Part shown: one piece after another, positions 12,361 through 24,019 of the stretch
How the letters are laid out: every line of letters begins with the position of its first letter
How positions within the stretch are numbered: the first letter of the stretch is position 1
Assembly (NCBI GenBank): GCA_010356995.1
Contig: ML996705.1
Location: forward strand, 310,001-374,000
Source of the DNA: Trichodelitschia bisporula
Taxonomy: Eukaryota
DNA: 64,000 nt
Reading direction: 5' to 3'
Notes under the pieces: model-generated
What the model was told of the DNA's origin: nothing
The model's database searches: none
Seen by the model: only the letters and a program-made list of their open reading frames with translations
Position numbers and translations under genes: made by a program

Positions 12361-15269
12361 TATGATGCAGATTCCATCTCAGTCTTTTTACTCACATTCG
12401 CCAACAGCACTCGGCTACGTTCAGGTACAGAGCGACCACGGTCGATTGTACTATCTTCCGGAACCGCGCCATCGCCGTAGCTACCCTGCGGACCCGTTCT
12501 CATCTGGATACGCGCCACCATCAAGCTACACGCCACCGAATATCTTTCAAGCGCGCACCCTCCGTCCGCATCGCATTCACATTGCGCGCCTCGCGAACAT
12601 CAGCAAGTCGCCAGATCGTCGCAAGAGACGTGCAGGCGGAAAGAAATCGCCTCCGCGAAAGAAGAAAGCGAAGACCAAGCGGAAGCGTCGCTCAGTCTCA
12701 GAGGTCTTCGGAAAGCTGGCGGGATCAGGTGACGGGGTGAAGCGCTTTCTGCGAACTTTGGTCAGGCTGGATAGTCGTGAAAGAGAACGGAGCCGGGAGT
12801 CGGGCCACACCGACAGTCCTGGGTCCCTCGCAGCTGCCACAATCCACCGCCCTACGCGTCCGTCGTCGTGGGCCGCGCCGCACGCCGAAGCGCGTGACGT
12901 GCGGCTCAGCTTCAAGGACCGTCTTCTCCTCCGGCCCGGTTCGGGATTCTGGAGCGAGGCTCGGCGCGAACGGGAGCGAGAGCGGGAACGGGAACGGATG
13001 GAGGCTATCGCGCGCCCGGGCCGACATTCCTTTCAGGGTCCTGTCGGCGGGGCAATGGCCGCTGTTGAAAATGCCTGGGGAGGCTCGACACCAACGCCCG
13101 CGAGTCCTGTGCTAGGCGCCGCCCACAGTCCGTCATCGCCGAGGCTGGACCCTCTGCTGGCAGGGCTCGGTGACGACCGACCAGTTGCGAGTGCCAACGG
13201 CATCTGCGTGTCGATTGCATTGGCAGAGCCATTTTTGTTTTTTCAAGGGTTTGAGCAGGGCGACCATGCTGCGGCGCGCAGTACTGCCATGCTGCGAGGC
13301 CGGATGATTCTGCGCATTACGAAGCCTACGAAGATCAAAGCTGTGACCCTGCGGTTCCGCGGTCGAGCGGTCACAAAATGGCCTGAGGGTACGCTGACTC
13401 GCTTTGCGACCGTTCGCTGCTAATATCACAGGCATACCGCCGAAGAAGACGGAGTTTGAGGAGGTCAACACCAATATGAGCCACACATGGCCCTTCTTCA
13501 ACGCCCAGTTTCCGACGGCCGAGGGCAGCACCGGCGCTGACAATGTTGAGCTGCACCCGAGCACTGACTCCAATGTCGCGCGCAACCGCTCTTCACTGGG
13601 ATCGCTGGAAATCCTCTCACGTAATCCTGCTAGCACTTCGAACCCGAATCTCCGAGAGTCGAAGCGCCTGTCTCTGCAGGTGACGCAGCGCCGGGAACCC
13701 TCCCCAGCACCCAACAACGCCAATGTCGCTCAAAAGGGGTATCGAACGTTCCAAGCCGGCGAATACACTTACAATTTTGAGCTCCCGCTCGACAGTCACC
13801 TTCCGGAGACAATAAATGTCGAGCTCGGCTCCGTCAAGTACGAACTGGAGGCCACAGTCGAGCGCTCCGGCGCCTTCCGTCCTAATCTAGTCGGGACCAA
13901 GGAGGTCAGCGTCGTGCGCATCCCGGCCGAGGGCTCCCTGGAACAAGTGGAGCCTATCGCCATCAGCCGCAACTGGGAAGACCAGCTGCATTACGATATT
14001 GTAATCAGTGGCAAGTCGTTTCCGCTCGGCGCGCAGGTTCCTATCGCGTTTAAACTCACCCCGCTGGCGAAGGTGCAGTGCCACCGGATCAAGGTGTTCG
14101 TTACTGAGAGCGTCGAATACTACGCCAGCAACCGGCGCGTCCACCGCCTCGAGCCCCCGCGCAAGGTACTCTTGTTCGAGAAGCGCGCCGATGCGCCCCC
14201 GACAAGCACGTTTCCCGGAAGCACGATGCGCATTGTATCGGGTGGCGGAGTTCCGTACGACTTGCGCGCCGCGGCGGCCCGCGGCGAGGAGGTACCGGCC
14301 GCTGATTCCAACAACTTGCTCGGCAATCTTGAGCGGGATGCAAACAATGCCGGGCCGACAGAGCTCGAGTTCAGCGTGCAGCTCCCGGGATGCGGCCACA
14401 CTGCGAGTCACCTCGGTGCATGCGGATCATTTTCGAAAGACCGGCCGGAACGGGACAAGAATCTGCGGCTGCACTTCGATACAACGTATGCCAATATCCA
14501 GGTTCACCATTGGATTAAGATTGTGCTGCGTCTCTCACGGCCTGACACCACGGACCCGTCGCGCCGGCGCCACTTTGAGATTTCGATCGACTCGCCCTTC
14601 CATATCCTCGACTGCCGCGCCACACAGGCCAACATATCGCTCCCCGCTTACGAGCGCGGCCCCTCGGACCCACATGCCGTGGCGCTCGCGCGGCTAAACG
14701 GCGAACTCCCGAACGTGGGCGAGGTGGACTCAGATGGTGAAGCCGAGTCTCCGCAGGCTGAAAGCAGCAGCGCCGTGCCCATCCGGAGCCTAACACCGGC
14801 GCGTCCGGCGGCGGCACACATATCGCCGCATTCACAAACGGAAGATGGGATCACAGAGCTAGACTCCTCGATCAGTTCGATGCGGGACTCGCATCCGTCG
14901 TCGGCGCACCAGTCCTCAAGTCGCACGTCGGGATCTAGCTGGCAGAGCCAGATACAGGCGCCGCTCCGTCCGATGCACTTTATCCGCGCACCGTCGTTCA
15001 ATCCACCCGGCTTTGATGAGGAAGAGCCACCGCCGCCGCTGGAGACACCGCCGCCGCGGTATGATTCGATTGTCCAGAGTCCGGGATCGGGGCTTGCGGA
15101 TTACTTTTCGCGGTTGTCGGATGCTGAAGCTGAGAGCGCGGCAGCGGCGTTGGGTGGGTTTGATGGGCTGAGAATTGACCAGGGGATGGGAGATTTTGAT
15201 GATAGTGATGGCGGTGCAAGTACGCCGCGGCAGCGGAGGGGAAGTTTGGAGATTACGACAGGGCAATAA
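12361..15269 (+). CDS. Alpha-arrestin (ART family) ubiquitin-ligase adaptor; start codon uncertain
   Basis: Arrestin N/C motifs (AMLRGRMILRITKPTKIKAVTLRF, YTYNFELP, ISRNWEDQLHYDIVISGKSFPLG) and PY motifs LPAY and PPPRY; intron at about 13389-13431. Confidence 0.9.
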
Positions 15270-17827
15270 TGTGCTCCTTTTTGTAGTTTTTGCGTTCGGC
15301 GTTGCGAGGGACCGGGCCCGTTACCACGGATGGGATTTCTGGCGCCGCATTTCTTTGCATTTGGGCGGCGCTTTGGATATTTGGAGCGCATCGAGGTGTG
15401 CGCAATACCCAGGAACCTCGGCGGAAGGAACAGTGAATAATTTGGATCCGATCATTTGGATGAAACAGTAATGTCTGAGCTATTACCTCGAATCCAAAAA
15501 TGGCATTGCTGCTGCCCGTCTGTCATGAGCTAATTGCACATGCGATCCGCCTCAATTAGGTAGTGGTGGAGATTCTGTAACAAGATAGCGAGCTTGATTA
15601 GCTTCTTTATGAGTAGGAAAGGGCGACTCGGGTGCTAGCTATGGAATCGCAGACCGCATGCGCGGGAAAACAGTCAAACCTGCACCAGAGAGCTTAACGG
15701 CATTTAGCTCGAATTTAACGGAGCGGCGGTGGTCTTTTGATCACCCAAGTTAAATAACAGGAAGGAGAGCCATTACGCATACACCTCCAAAAGCAGAACT
15801 ACGTACCTTAAATCGTACTCTCCTGCCCCTCAGTCCAGCCAGTGACCAGACGTCAATTCTAGCAGACAAATGCCAGTCAAATCAGCTTCCTTAAGCTTGT
15901 TATGAGGTACTTGTGAGAAAATTTGTCGGTTAACTTTAAAGTCCCGGTGGAGTTCATGGAAGAAGCCTCCAGGCTTGGAGGCGTGGCTGGGTCGTAATTT
16001 TTTACGTCTTCCAATCGGTGCGTAAAAGCTGTACGCATGCTGTGTGAATCTCGGAGTTTGCAGGGTATGCGCGGTGGCTTGGTGTTATTAGAGAAATGCC
16101 CAAATTCTTTTGGATCAACACCTTGAACAGGCACCCCAAAATCAGCCTTGGACACGGGGAGGAATCGAAAAATGGTTAAGCCAATAAGATTCTCTTATTC
16201 TCCTCATCCATAACAAGCTTTGAACCGGTTTCCCAGGGAGAATTATCCCACACACACACCCTACCCTCACCCGAACCAGTCTATCATGACTAGAATTCCG
16301 AGTTCCGATTTAACCACGACTAATGGTCAAGCTTCGTCCAAGCTTTGGATAAAAAATTTGCACTATCTTGCCCACAGGTGTACCGGGCAAAATAAAATGT
16401 CGCACTACTCGTCTCATAGAGACAGTTCCAATAAACGAATTTCCATTTCAGTGTACACGCCATTCACAGGGGCCTCACGACTGAAGCTTGTTTTTAAACG
16501 TGTCTTCACACGACCGGAATAACCGCTACAGAGCATAGGCAATTTTACTACTGAACGACATCATTTTCTCCAGGCTCATCGCGACGAATACAAGTGCCAA
16601 ATTACATGTCTGGGGAGCAACTGTAAAGACATGAATTTATCTCAGTCCATTGACGTTGCGTGGTCTGGTTGATCATGTTTTGCTGACATTTAAGGCTTAT
16701 GTGGTTTAAATACTAAGGTTCTCTACTCGATAACACGAATGCAGTGAGATGCCAAACACAATTATACTCATCAGTGGTGTAGGGGTGCTTCACAACTTCA
16801 AGGGTGGCTTTGGAAATTTTGAGGGAGTTATGGTATTGACTAGGGGAGGTGCGCATTGTAAGGTGAGTATAAGGATTTTGGGGAGAATGCCTTATAGGTC
16901 TTGTCATAAATCTCGCCTATTAGATGGAAAAACTGTGACCGAGCTTGCACGTGAAATGCTCCATGGGATAAAGCCAAGAAGAATGTAGGGACCAATTGCT
17001 AGCATTTACTGTCCGGAACGAGACATCCGTAACACGATTGGTGGGGTGGAACCTACACCTTCCCTACAAAAAAATAATCAAGGGGTGGCTGTCGGTCACT
17101 TTTAGTCTTACCGAGTTAGGAGATTGTTTGCCCCCAACAACTCGTCTAATCTAGCCCCCAGCTCCTTCCATTCGAGTAAACTAACTTGGAAGTTTTAACT
17201 ACTTGTACTGCGGGCATGCTCCCTGACGTTTTCGTAACTGGCGGACCAGTCAGGGGGCAAAGCTTCTGTCAGACTTAGGGGCTTTCAGGTAGCCAGCCAG
17301 TTCCAGATTGTGGGGGCCTCAGGCATCAAGGCATCAAGTCCAGACCGTCCGGACATTGGCCTTGGCCTGTAGCCTGTGCACATGATGTCTCCTGAAACCG
17401 ACCCGCGCGGGCCGGGTTCCCGATTAGGACTAGCGCGTTTGGTCTTGGCGCTTCTACATACATAAATCCCCTTCTACGTAGATAGCTTACTCTATAACTT
17501 CACAACCACTTCATCTCTCTTATTAGAGAGCTCACCCATCATTATTACCGCACTGCGTGACGTCACCATACAATCCATAGTGCGATAGCTTTTAACAGAA
17601 TCGGTCAGTAAAGCAATCTCTCTCTTTAATTGGTCTGCGAGTGACAAGAACGCCTGCAGTAGAGATGGATAGCTCAATTACCATCCGTTAAGGCTCCCAA
17701 AGGTCCATGAGGATGGCAAACTCTAGAGCCAGCTAGCGGGCGACCACAGTACAGTAACTACAAAAAGGACATAATTATTAAAATCATGGATATGCAACGC
17801 GATGGATTTGATGAGATGTGCGACCCC

Positions 17828-18036
17828 ATCCCTTGTACGGCCTAGGTACTGGCCTAGGTACTAGCCCAGGTACTCGTCGCCCACGTACCAGCGATCATGG
17901 GCCAATCAAAGAACTAGGATTTGTTACAGAAACTAAGAAATCTTTACAAAACCAAATTCTAGCTTTTTAATTGGTTCACGATAGCGCGTTCGGGGGCAAC
18001 GAGCACCTGCGCTAGCACCTTGGCCGTACAAGGGAT
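17828..18036. mobile_element. Palindromic MITE-like element, copy 1
   Basis: TIR ATCCCTTGTACGGCC ... GGCCGTACAAGGGAT, with 12-bp subterminal repeats (GGCCCAGGTACT-like). Confidence 0.8.
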
Positions 18037-18921
18037 ATTAACACTACTGACATATGATCATTTTTAAGGTTCTCACTATGGTCCACGCTCATCACCTAGT
18101 GTCAGAAACAAGCCACTAGTACTCTAGTCTGCGAAGGAATACCGGACGCCAACAGGCCTATATGGTTTTTGTTAACGCAACCACCGCCCCTAATTGGTCT
18201 AGGCATCGGGTATCTGACTTCACTTTCAAACTTTTCTGAGCATCAATATCTTCCCGTAGATCGAGCTAGGGAAGCATTTGCGCATGAGTTCATCAAAGTT
18301 TTTTTTTATCAACAGCAATCGTTGTACCTTCTATTAGCACTGAGAGCGATCTGGTGCTTAACGGGCTTATGGAGTTTTGCCTCACCCTGTAGCCCACTGG
18401 AAGCCCTACATGTTAAACTCTGAGAAGCCAGGTATCGTGCTTATTAGCTATATCATTACTAGAAATGGCTCATTGCAATATGCTATCCACCTGATCCTTG
18501 CCTTTGCTCCTAATGGAAGTCCTTCTGTACAACCTAGTCTGACCTCCATTTTTTTTCGGATTCCTCAGTGCGATTCTCACCTTACAGCAGTACCCAGTAT
18601 CGCATTTTCACATGCAAACTAAATTCGTCACACTTTCAACATTGGTGGCTACCCATTTGATGCATGTGGTTCACGCATGCTCTCAAATTATTAGGGCGTA
18701 AATTCACCAAGTCACGCAGGCAGAGATGTGAATTACAGATCAATGTTTTATTAAAACACCTTTTCTATAGCATCCGGCAACAAGAGTTGACAGCCACGGA
18801 GATAAGAAAAGAAAATGCTTAGCCAATGGGCTCTACGTATGACTTGACAAAACCTTTAGGGGGGCACCTATGAATTTTCAAGTAACTCCTGTGCTTCTTG
18901 ATTTAAGTTGGGCTTGACACC

Positions 18922-19130
18922 ATCCCTTGTACGGCCCAGGTACTGGCCCAGGTACTTGTCACACATTAATCTGCCATCATGGACCAATCAAAGAGCTGGC
19001 ATTTAGTTCCGTAAAGATTTTTCTACTTCTGCAACAAATCTTAACTTTTTGACTGGTCAATGATAGCGAATAAGTGGGGTTCGAGTACCTGGGCATGTAC
19101 CTGAGCATGTAACTTGGCTGTACAGGGGAT
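18922..19130. mobile_element. Palindromic MITE-like element, copy 2 (core inverted relative to copy 1)
   Basis: ATCCCTTGTACGGCCCAGGTACT ... GGCTGTACAGGGGAT; the core matches the reverse complement of the copy 1 core. Confidence 0.8.
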
Positions 19131-20254
19131 AGGAAAGCTCATTAGCGTTTCTGCTCGCACGCCGTAGAGAAATGCTCATTTACGCAATGCCCCGCTACCG
19201 CACCGCCCGACGCTTGAATTCACAATCATTCCTTTCTAAGAAAACTAATAGATAGCTGAGATACCCCAAAATACGGGGGCACGCGGTACTTGAAAAGAAG
19301 CTAATGCATAAGTTGCTTCCACGTTGTAAACCAATAGGTCCACCATAATAAAGCGGCCATACTAAGCCGCCCATATGCGTACAAACTCTGTCGGCAGATA
19401 CATTGAAGGATAGGGGCCACGCCGAACGAGTTTATTATCCTTTTTGGTGTTGCCACGAGCCGATTTTCTCTACTGAGCCCATGATGGCGCTCATGTTTCT
19501 TATTTGTTTGACGTAGGCAAGGCGGAATGGTTCAGCTCAGGGCTGGGCGTGGGGCTCTTTGATGGGGCACACTGGCAGGGGCGCACAAATCACTGGTTGC
19601 ACAGCATTGGTTTTGCCTGATGTCTAATGGAAGTGTCACTGGCAGAAGCATTGAACCATGCCCCTGTGGCTGATAGAATGCGAGAATGTTCGAGAATAGC
19701 TCAATACATTTAAGTAAGATATGTTCTGGGCAAATCAAAGCATGACAATTCTTTTTCTTCCCAATCCAATGCTATCCTAGCATTAACTGGGAGTAAATGG
19801 GTGCACATGTACACTTAAAATTAGTGTGACGCCCGCTTCCGCTTTTTACAGTGCATTTGGGCGTGGTGGCTGACCCGTCCATGCGGTTAATTACACGTTT
19901 TGCAGCAATGGCTCTGATGGGCCAGGAAGACCTTCGCAGGGACAAGCCTTCTTTGGAGTAACTCAGGGCCAAATTCCGCAGCACCTTCGGGCCGAGGTGG
20001 CCTAGGGTTTTAAGGATGCTTCGAGACCATTGGAAGTTCAAGCCCTTTCAGGGACGGATCGATGCCGGCACTCCTCATGCCTTGTGCTGTCGGAGTCGTG
20101 GCGGGCATCTTCGTAATTGGCAAACCAATCAGGGAGCAGAACGCTTCAACGGAATTGCTCCGTAAAAAAGAATCTACCGTCAGATTGGTTTGGTAAACAC
20201 GAGGACTTCAGCAAGGGCCCCTGCAGTACGAAGGATAAAGTGAGATACTGTCTT

Positions 20255-20388
20255 ATCCCTGATACGGCCCAGGTACACGCCCAGGTACACGCCCAGGTAC
20301 TCGTCGCCCTGGCCTTCACTATAGTGGACCAATCAAAGTGCAATAATTTAGTTCTGCAAAGATTTCTCCCGTTTCCGCAATAAATCCT
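20255..20388. mobile_element. Palindromic MITE-like element, copy 3 (truncated)
   Basis: ATCCCTGATACGGCCCAGGTACACGCCCAGGTACACGCCCAGGTACTCGTCGCC plus GGACCAATCAAAG and core; the right arm is missing. Confidence 0.75.
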
Positions 20389-22261
20389 AGATAGAGAACA
20401 GGGCTGAAGAAATCCTTTCGTATTTCTTTTGGGTTGGCTTCCATCGGATGGAGGCTTCTGCACGTCGAGCATAGCATTTTTATTGGTTTTGATACGTAAT
20501 TCTTTTTTTAATCTTCTTAATATGCTTGGGACATTCTGTTTAGCGTACTCATTTAGATGTTCCCATCCGGTCCGATGGTGCGCGAGAAATTTGGAGAACT
20601 CTTCTTTCCTAGAGGAAGATGTATCGGGTGCCTCGTAGTTAATCTGCATCAGAAAGTGTGGATCATATCAATTTTGAAGACTGGGTTCCCTTGTTCGGTA
20701 GCTGTCCTTATTTGTGTCATGGCTGGCGTTTTCCTAACTGGCAGGCTGATGAGGGAACAAAATCTTTTTACTAGCGCCGTTGGGTAAATAAATCTTGCTC
20801 TCTAGTTGGCCTGCTACTACGAGGACGCTAGCGTAGATGCCCGCAGTATAAGGGGATAGAGAACAGGTGTCGACAACGTCAGTAACTATTTGGAAGGAAT
20901 TTAGCATCATTTGCTCTTGAGTTCCTCGATTATGTACTTGCTGTGGAAAGACGCAACCAATACTACCTCTATTCCGAACTTCAGTCTGGCACCTCTGGAG
21001 GGACTCTGTAGTATGGAAATGAAAACAAACCCCTGACCGAAGTGGCTTGAAAAAGCCACGATATTATCGACAGTCAGTGAAGTACCTGCTTCTTAACTCT
21101 GTATACATCATCCGGAATTATATCTGAGGCTCTCCTCCCTTGCTCGGCTACGCCAGTCTTGTTTGCTACTATGTTTAAAAACAATGCAAAATTCAGTCCC
21201 ATTTAGAGAACCTCTAGCACTCACTTTCACCAGCCACAAGTTACCAACAAAAAGTATATGATCTGTCATGGTTCTGGCCATACACGGTGTGATACCTCAG
21301 GCCATGATGTGGTCTGGGTGGCAGCACAGTACCGAGGTGACGTACGGGGACTAGCGCAGTCCTGTGACTGGCGCCAAGCCCCCACTGCGGTTATGCTTTT
21401 GCACACCCATCCCTGTATATTGCTTCTCCAACTCTTTATCATCGTCTCGAAGCAATCTATGGTTTTTGCACCGCTCTTCGCTGGCACCGTGACATAATCA
21501 AAGGCGTCACAGTGTACGAGAGCCTTGCTGACGATGTCAGCGTCTATGGGCTTCGCGGTTAGTCTTACATGCGGTAGTTAAGTATTTAGGTTCTTATGGC
21601 GCCTATTAACCAGGATCCCCACTATCAACATCCTGTCCAAGCATTGACGTTAAAGAACCTACCGGCTTTTTTAGGCCTCGGACTCTCTGAAGAACGCTCC
21701 ACCTTCCTAGTTTCTTTATCTAACTTATCAACGAACGGTTGCTTCCTGTTTAATCTGACGTTATAAAACTGCTTACTCAGGCGCTCTTTTTTTGTAGCCA
21801 ATAGGATAGCTCTGTGTCGTCTAAAGCAGGTACCGGTAATCCGGCAATCATAACTGTCAATTATGCAGCCGTAGGTCGCTGCAGCTGCTGGGATCCAGTC
21901 TCATCTCAATTTTTTACTAGCCCGTGCTCAATGTATTGTCCATGCAATCTTTTCTTTCAACGTAATCATAACGAGTCCGGAGACCCGGCAAGGAGAACTG
22001 TTCCAAAGGTCTTTCTTGCTCATTTTCCATACGTACCGGAAAATATTTACGAACACAACATTATCCAGTAAATTCAAAATACCCTTCAAGCCGTCAAATT
22101 ACTCATCAGAGGCGTAACAATAAAATGTAGAACCAGTGAGGCTTCCTTATTCTTTGCCCTTGCACATTTTTCATCATCGGCCCGGGGGTACATCCCAAAA
22201 AGGCATAGAGGCATATTACTTTTCTCATAGAGGCCAGTCATAGCGGCCCTTCTACTGCTGT

Positions 22262-22370
22262 GGTCTAGGTGAGTCCGGAGTGAACCTATCACAAAGCAGA
22301 ATTTCTTGCAGAATCGATTCCGCAAGAGAAACGCACTCTCTGATTAGTCCACTTCGGACTCACTTGGACC
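22262..22370. repeat. 109-bp imperfect palindrome
   Basis: Outer arms GGTCTAGGTGAGTCCGGAGTGAAC / GTCCACTTCGGACTCACTTGGACC match 20 of 24 by eye; centred on GAATCGATTC. Confidence 0.75.
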
Positions 22371-23105
22371 CTAGCCGGGAATATAGCTCTCGAAGGGGAA
22401 CTGTCTTTATTCACCGGCATCGCATGAGTAAATCGTCATTTCAAATTCAGCCATGCCGATTTTAATGTGATGACCGGAGGGAGGTGCCAAAATTCTTTTC
22501 TATAGCCCGGGCGGCCCTTACATCCCCCCGCAGCTAATGACAGTACTGCCTCAAAACTAAATATTACAAAAGCCTGGCGCGCGACGCTCGGAAAAATGTT
22601 TTACTCTTTGATGCAAGTCATGTGGTACTCATCGTGGAGCGATTTAGGGAGGTAGTTCATAAAGGGCATAATACCCGGGCCTAACCTTCACAAGCTAGCG
22701 TCCGAGCTGGGGTACTAAGACTGACGTATTGTTTGGTGTCCTTCATTCAATCAAATTAAGAGAATAGTCAACGCCCGAAGATTTATGACATCTTGAAGTA
22801 GGCTGTTAAAAGACTGTCTTAAGAATGTCTTCTTCAATATCCCCTTTGTTCTGGCTGCCGCCGAATGTCCAAGTGCGGAGAAAACTATCTTTGTAATAGA
22901 GGCGGCGCAAAAGGAGGCATTTTCGTGACGTCGAGGAGACACGGTACTAGGGTATCAGGAAGCTACTCTGAATTCTCACGCAGCTTGCGCTCGGCGCGTA
23001 TGGCCAGTAGAAAACGAAGAACCCTAGCCATTGCCTCAGCTAGCACCTCGGAATATGAGGGGATAGTCTTGTCAAGAGATTGAAGTCGGATAGTTCGGAA
23101 ACTTT

Positions 23106-23323
23106 ATCTCTTGTACGGCCCAGGTATTGGCCCAATTATACGCCTGGGTACTCGTCCCCTACTTTTCCCCTCTCATGGACCAGTTAAAGAGCTAGGATTT
23201 GTTACAGCAATGGGGAAATATTTATAACCAAATTGTACCTCTTTGATTGGTCTGTGATAGCGAAACGTGGGGGACGAGTACCTGGGCATGTTCCTGGGCC
23301 AGTACCAGGGCCGTACCAACGAC
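23106..23323. mobile_element. Palindromic MITE-like element, copy 4
   Basis: ATCTCTTGTACGGCCCAGGTATTGG ... AGTACCAGGGCCGTAC; same core orientation as copy 1. Confidence 0.78.
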
Positions 23324-23520
23324 ACATCTTATATTTATCTGATCCCATCGTGTGTGGAGATGCTCGCAGCCGGCTAATGACACGCAGGAAGCTTCAACCA
23401 TGCATGGCTCATTGGATTTCCGCTTTCTATTGGCCTATTAGAAATTTTACAGAATGCTCCCATCAATATTGATGAAAAAGTAGTACCGACATTCTGGCAT
23501 TGTTAGGTCATATCTGGATT

Positions 23521-23718
23521 ATCCCTTGTACGGCCCAGGTATTGGCCCAGTTACTCGTCGCCTAGATCCTTACTATCATGGACCGATCAAAGAGCTAAAA
23601 TTGAGTTCTGTAAAGATTTCTCTGTTTTGGTAATAAACCTTAGCTCTTAGACTGATCCATGATAGCGGGTTACGTGGGCGACGAGTACCTAGGCCAGTAC
23701 CTGGACCGTACAAGGGGT
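23521..23718. mobile_element. Palindromic MITE-like element, copy 5
   Basis: ATCCCTTGTACGGCCCAGGTATTGG ... GGACCGTACAAGGGGT; core orientation as copy 2. Confidence 0.8.
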
Positions 23719-24019
23719 GAAGGGATGTCATCGGTCGACAATTGAATCTACTACCATTCCCATATCGCATGAGTGTATCGCAACTTGAAGTATTGACTTT
23801 ACAGAATTGGATAGGGTGACTGGGGGCAGGCGGCGGGATAGTGGCGCTAAGGATGCCACAGCCGTATCTACATAACGACACCCAGATCACTCCCATAAAA
23901 GAAATTCAAAAGTTAGAGTTCAATCCGTGTAGCATTTAGGCGACGCAGTTGAATAATTCTCATCTTCACTGAGCATTTTGGTATCAATTTTGGTGTGATG
24001 CGTATACCCAAAGACGGTG

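Noticed and set aside
17828..23718. Repeats as a CRISPR-like array
   Set aside because: Copies are dispersed, irregularly spaced and in both orientations, with no cas-like genes; the sequence is eukaryotic.
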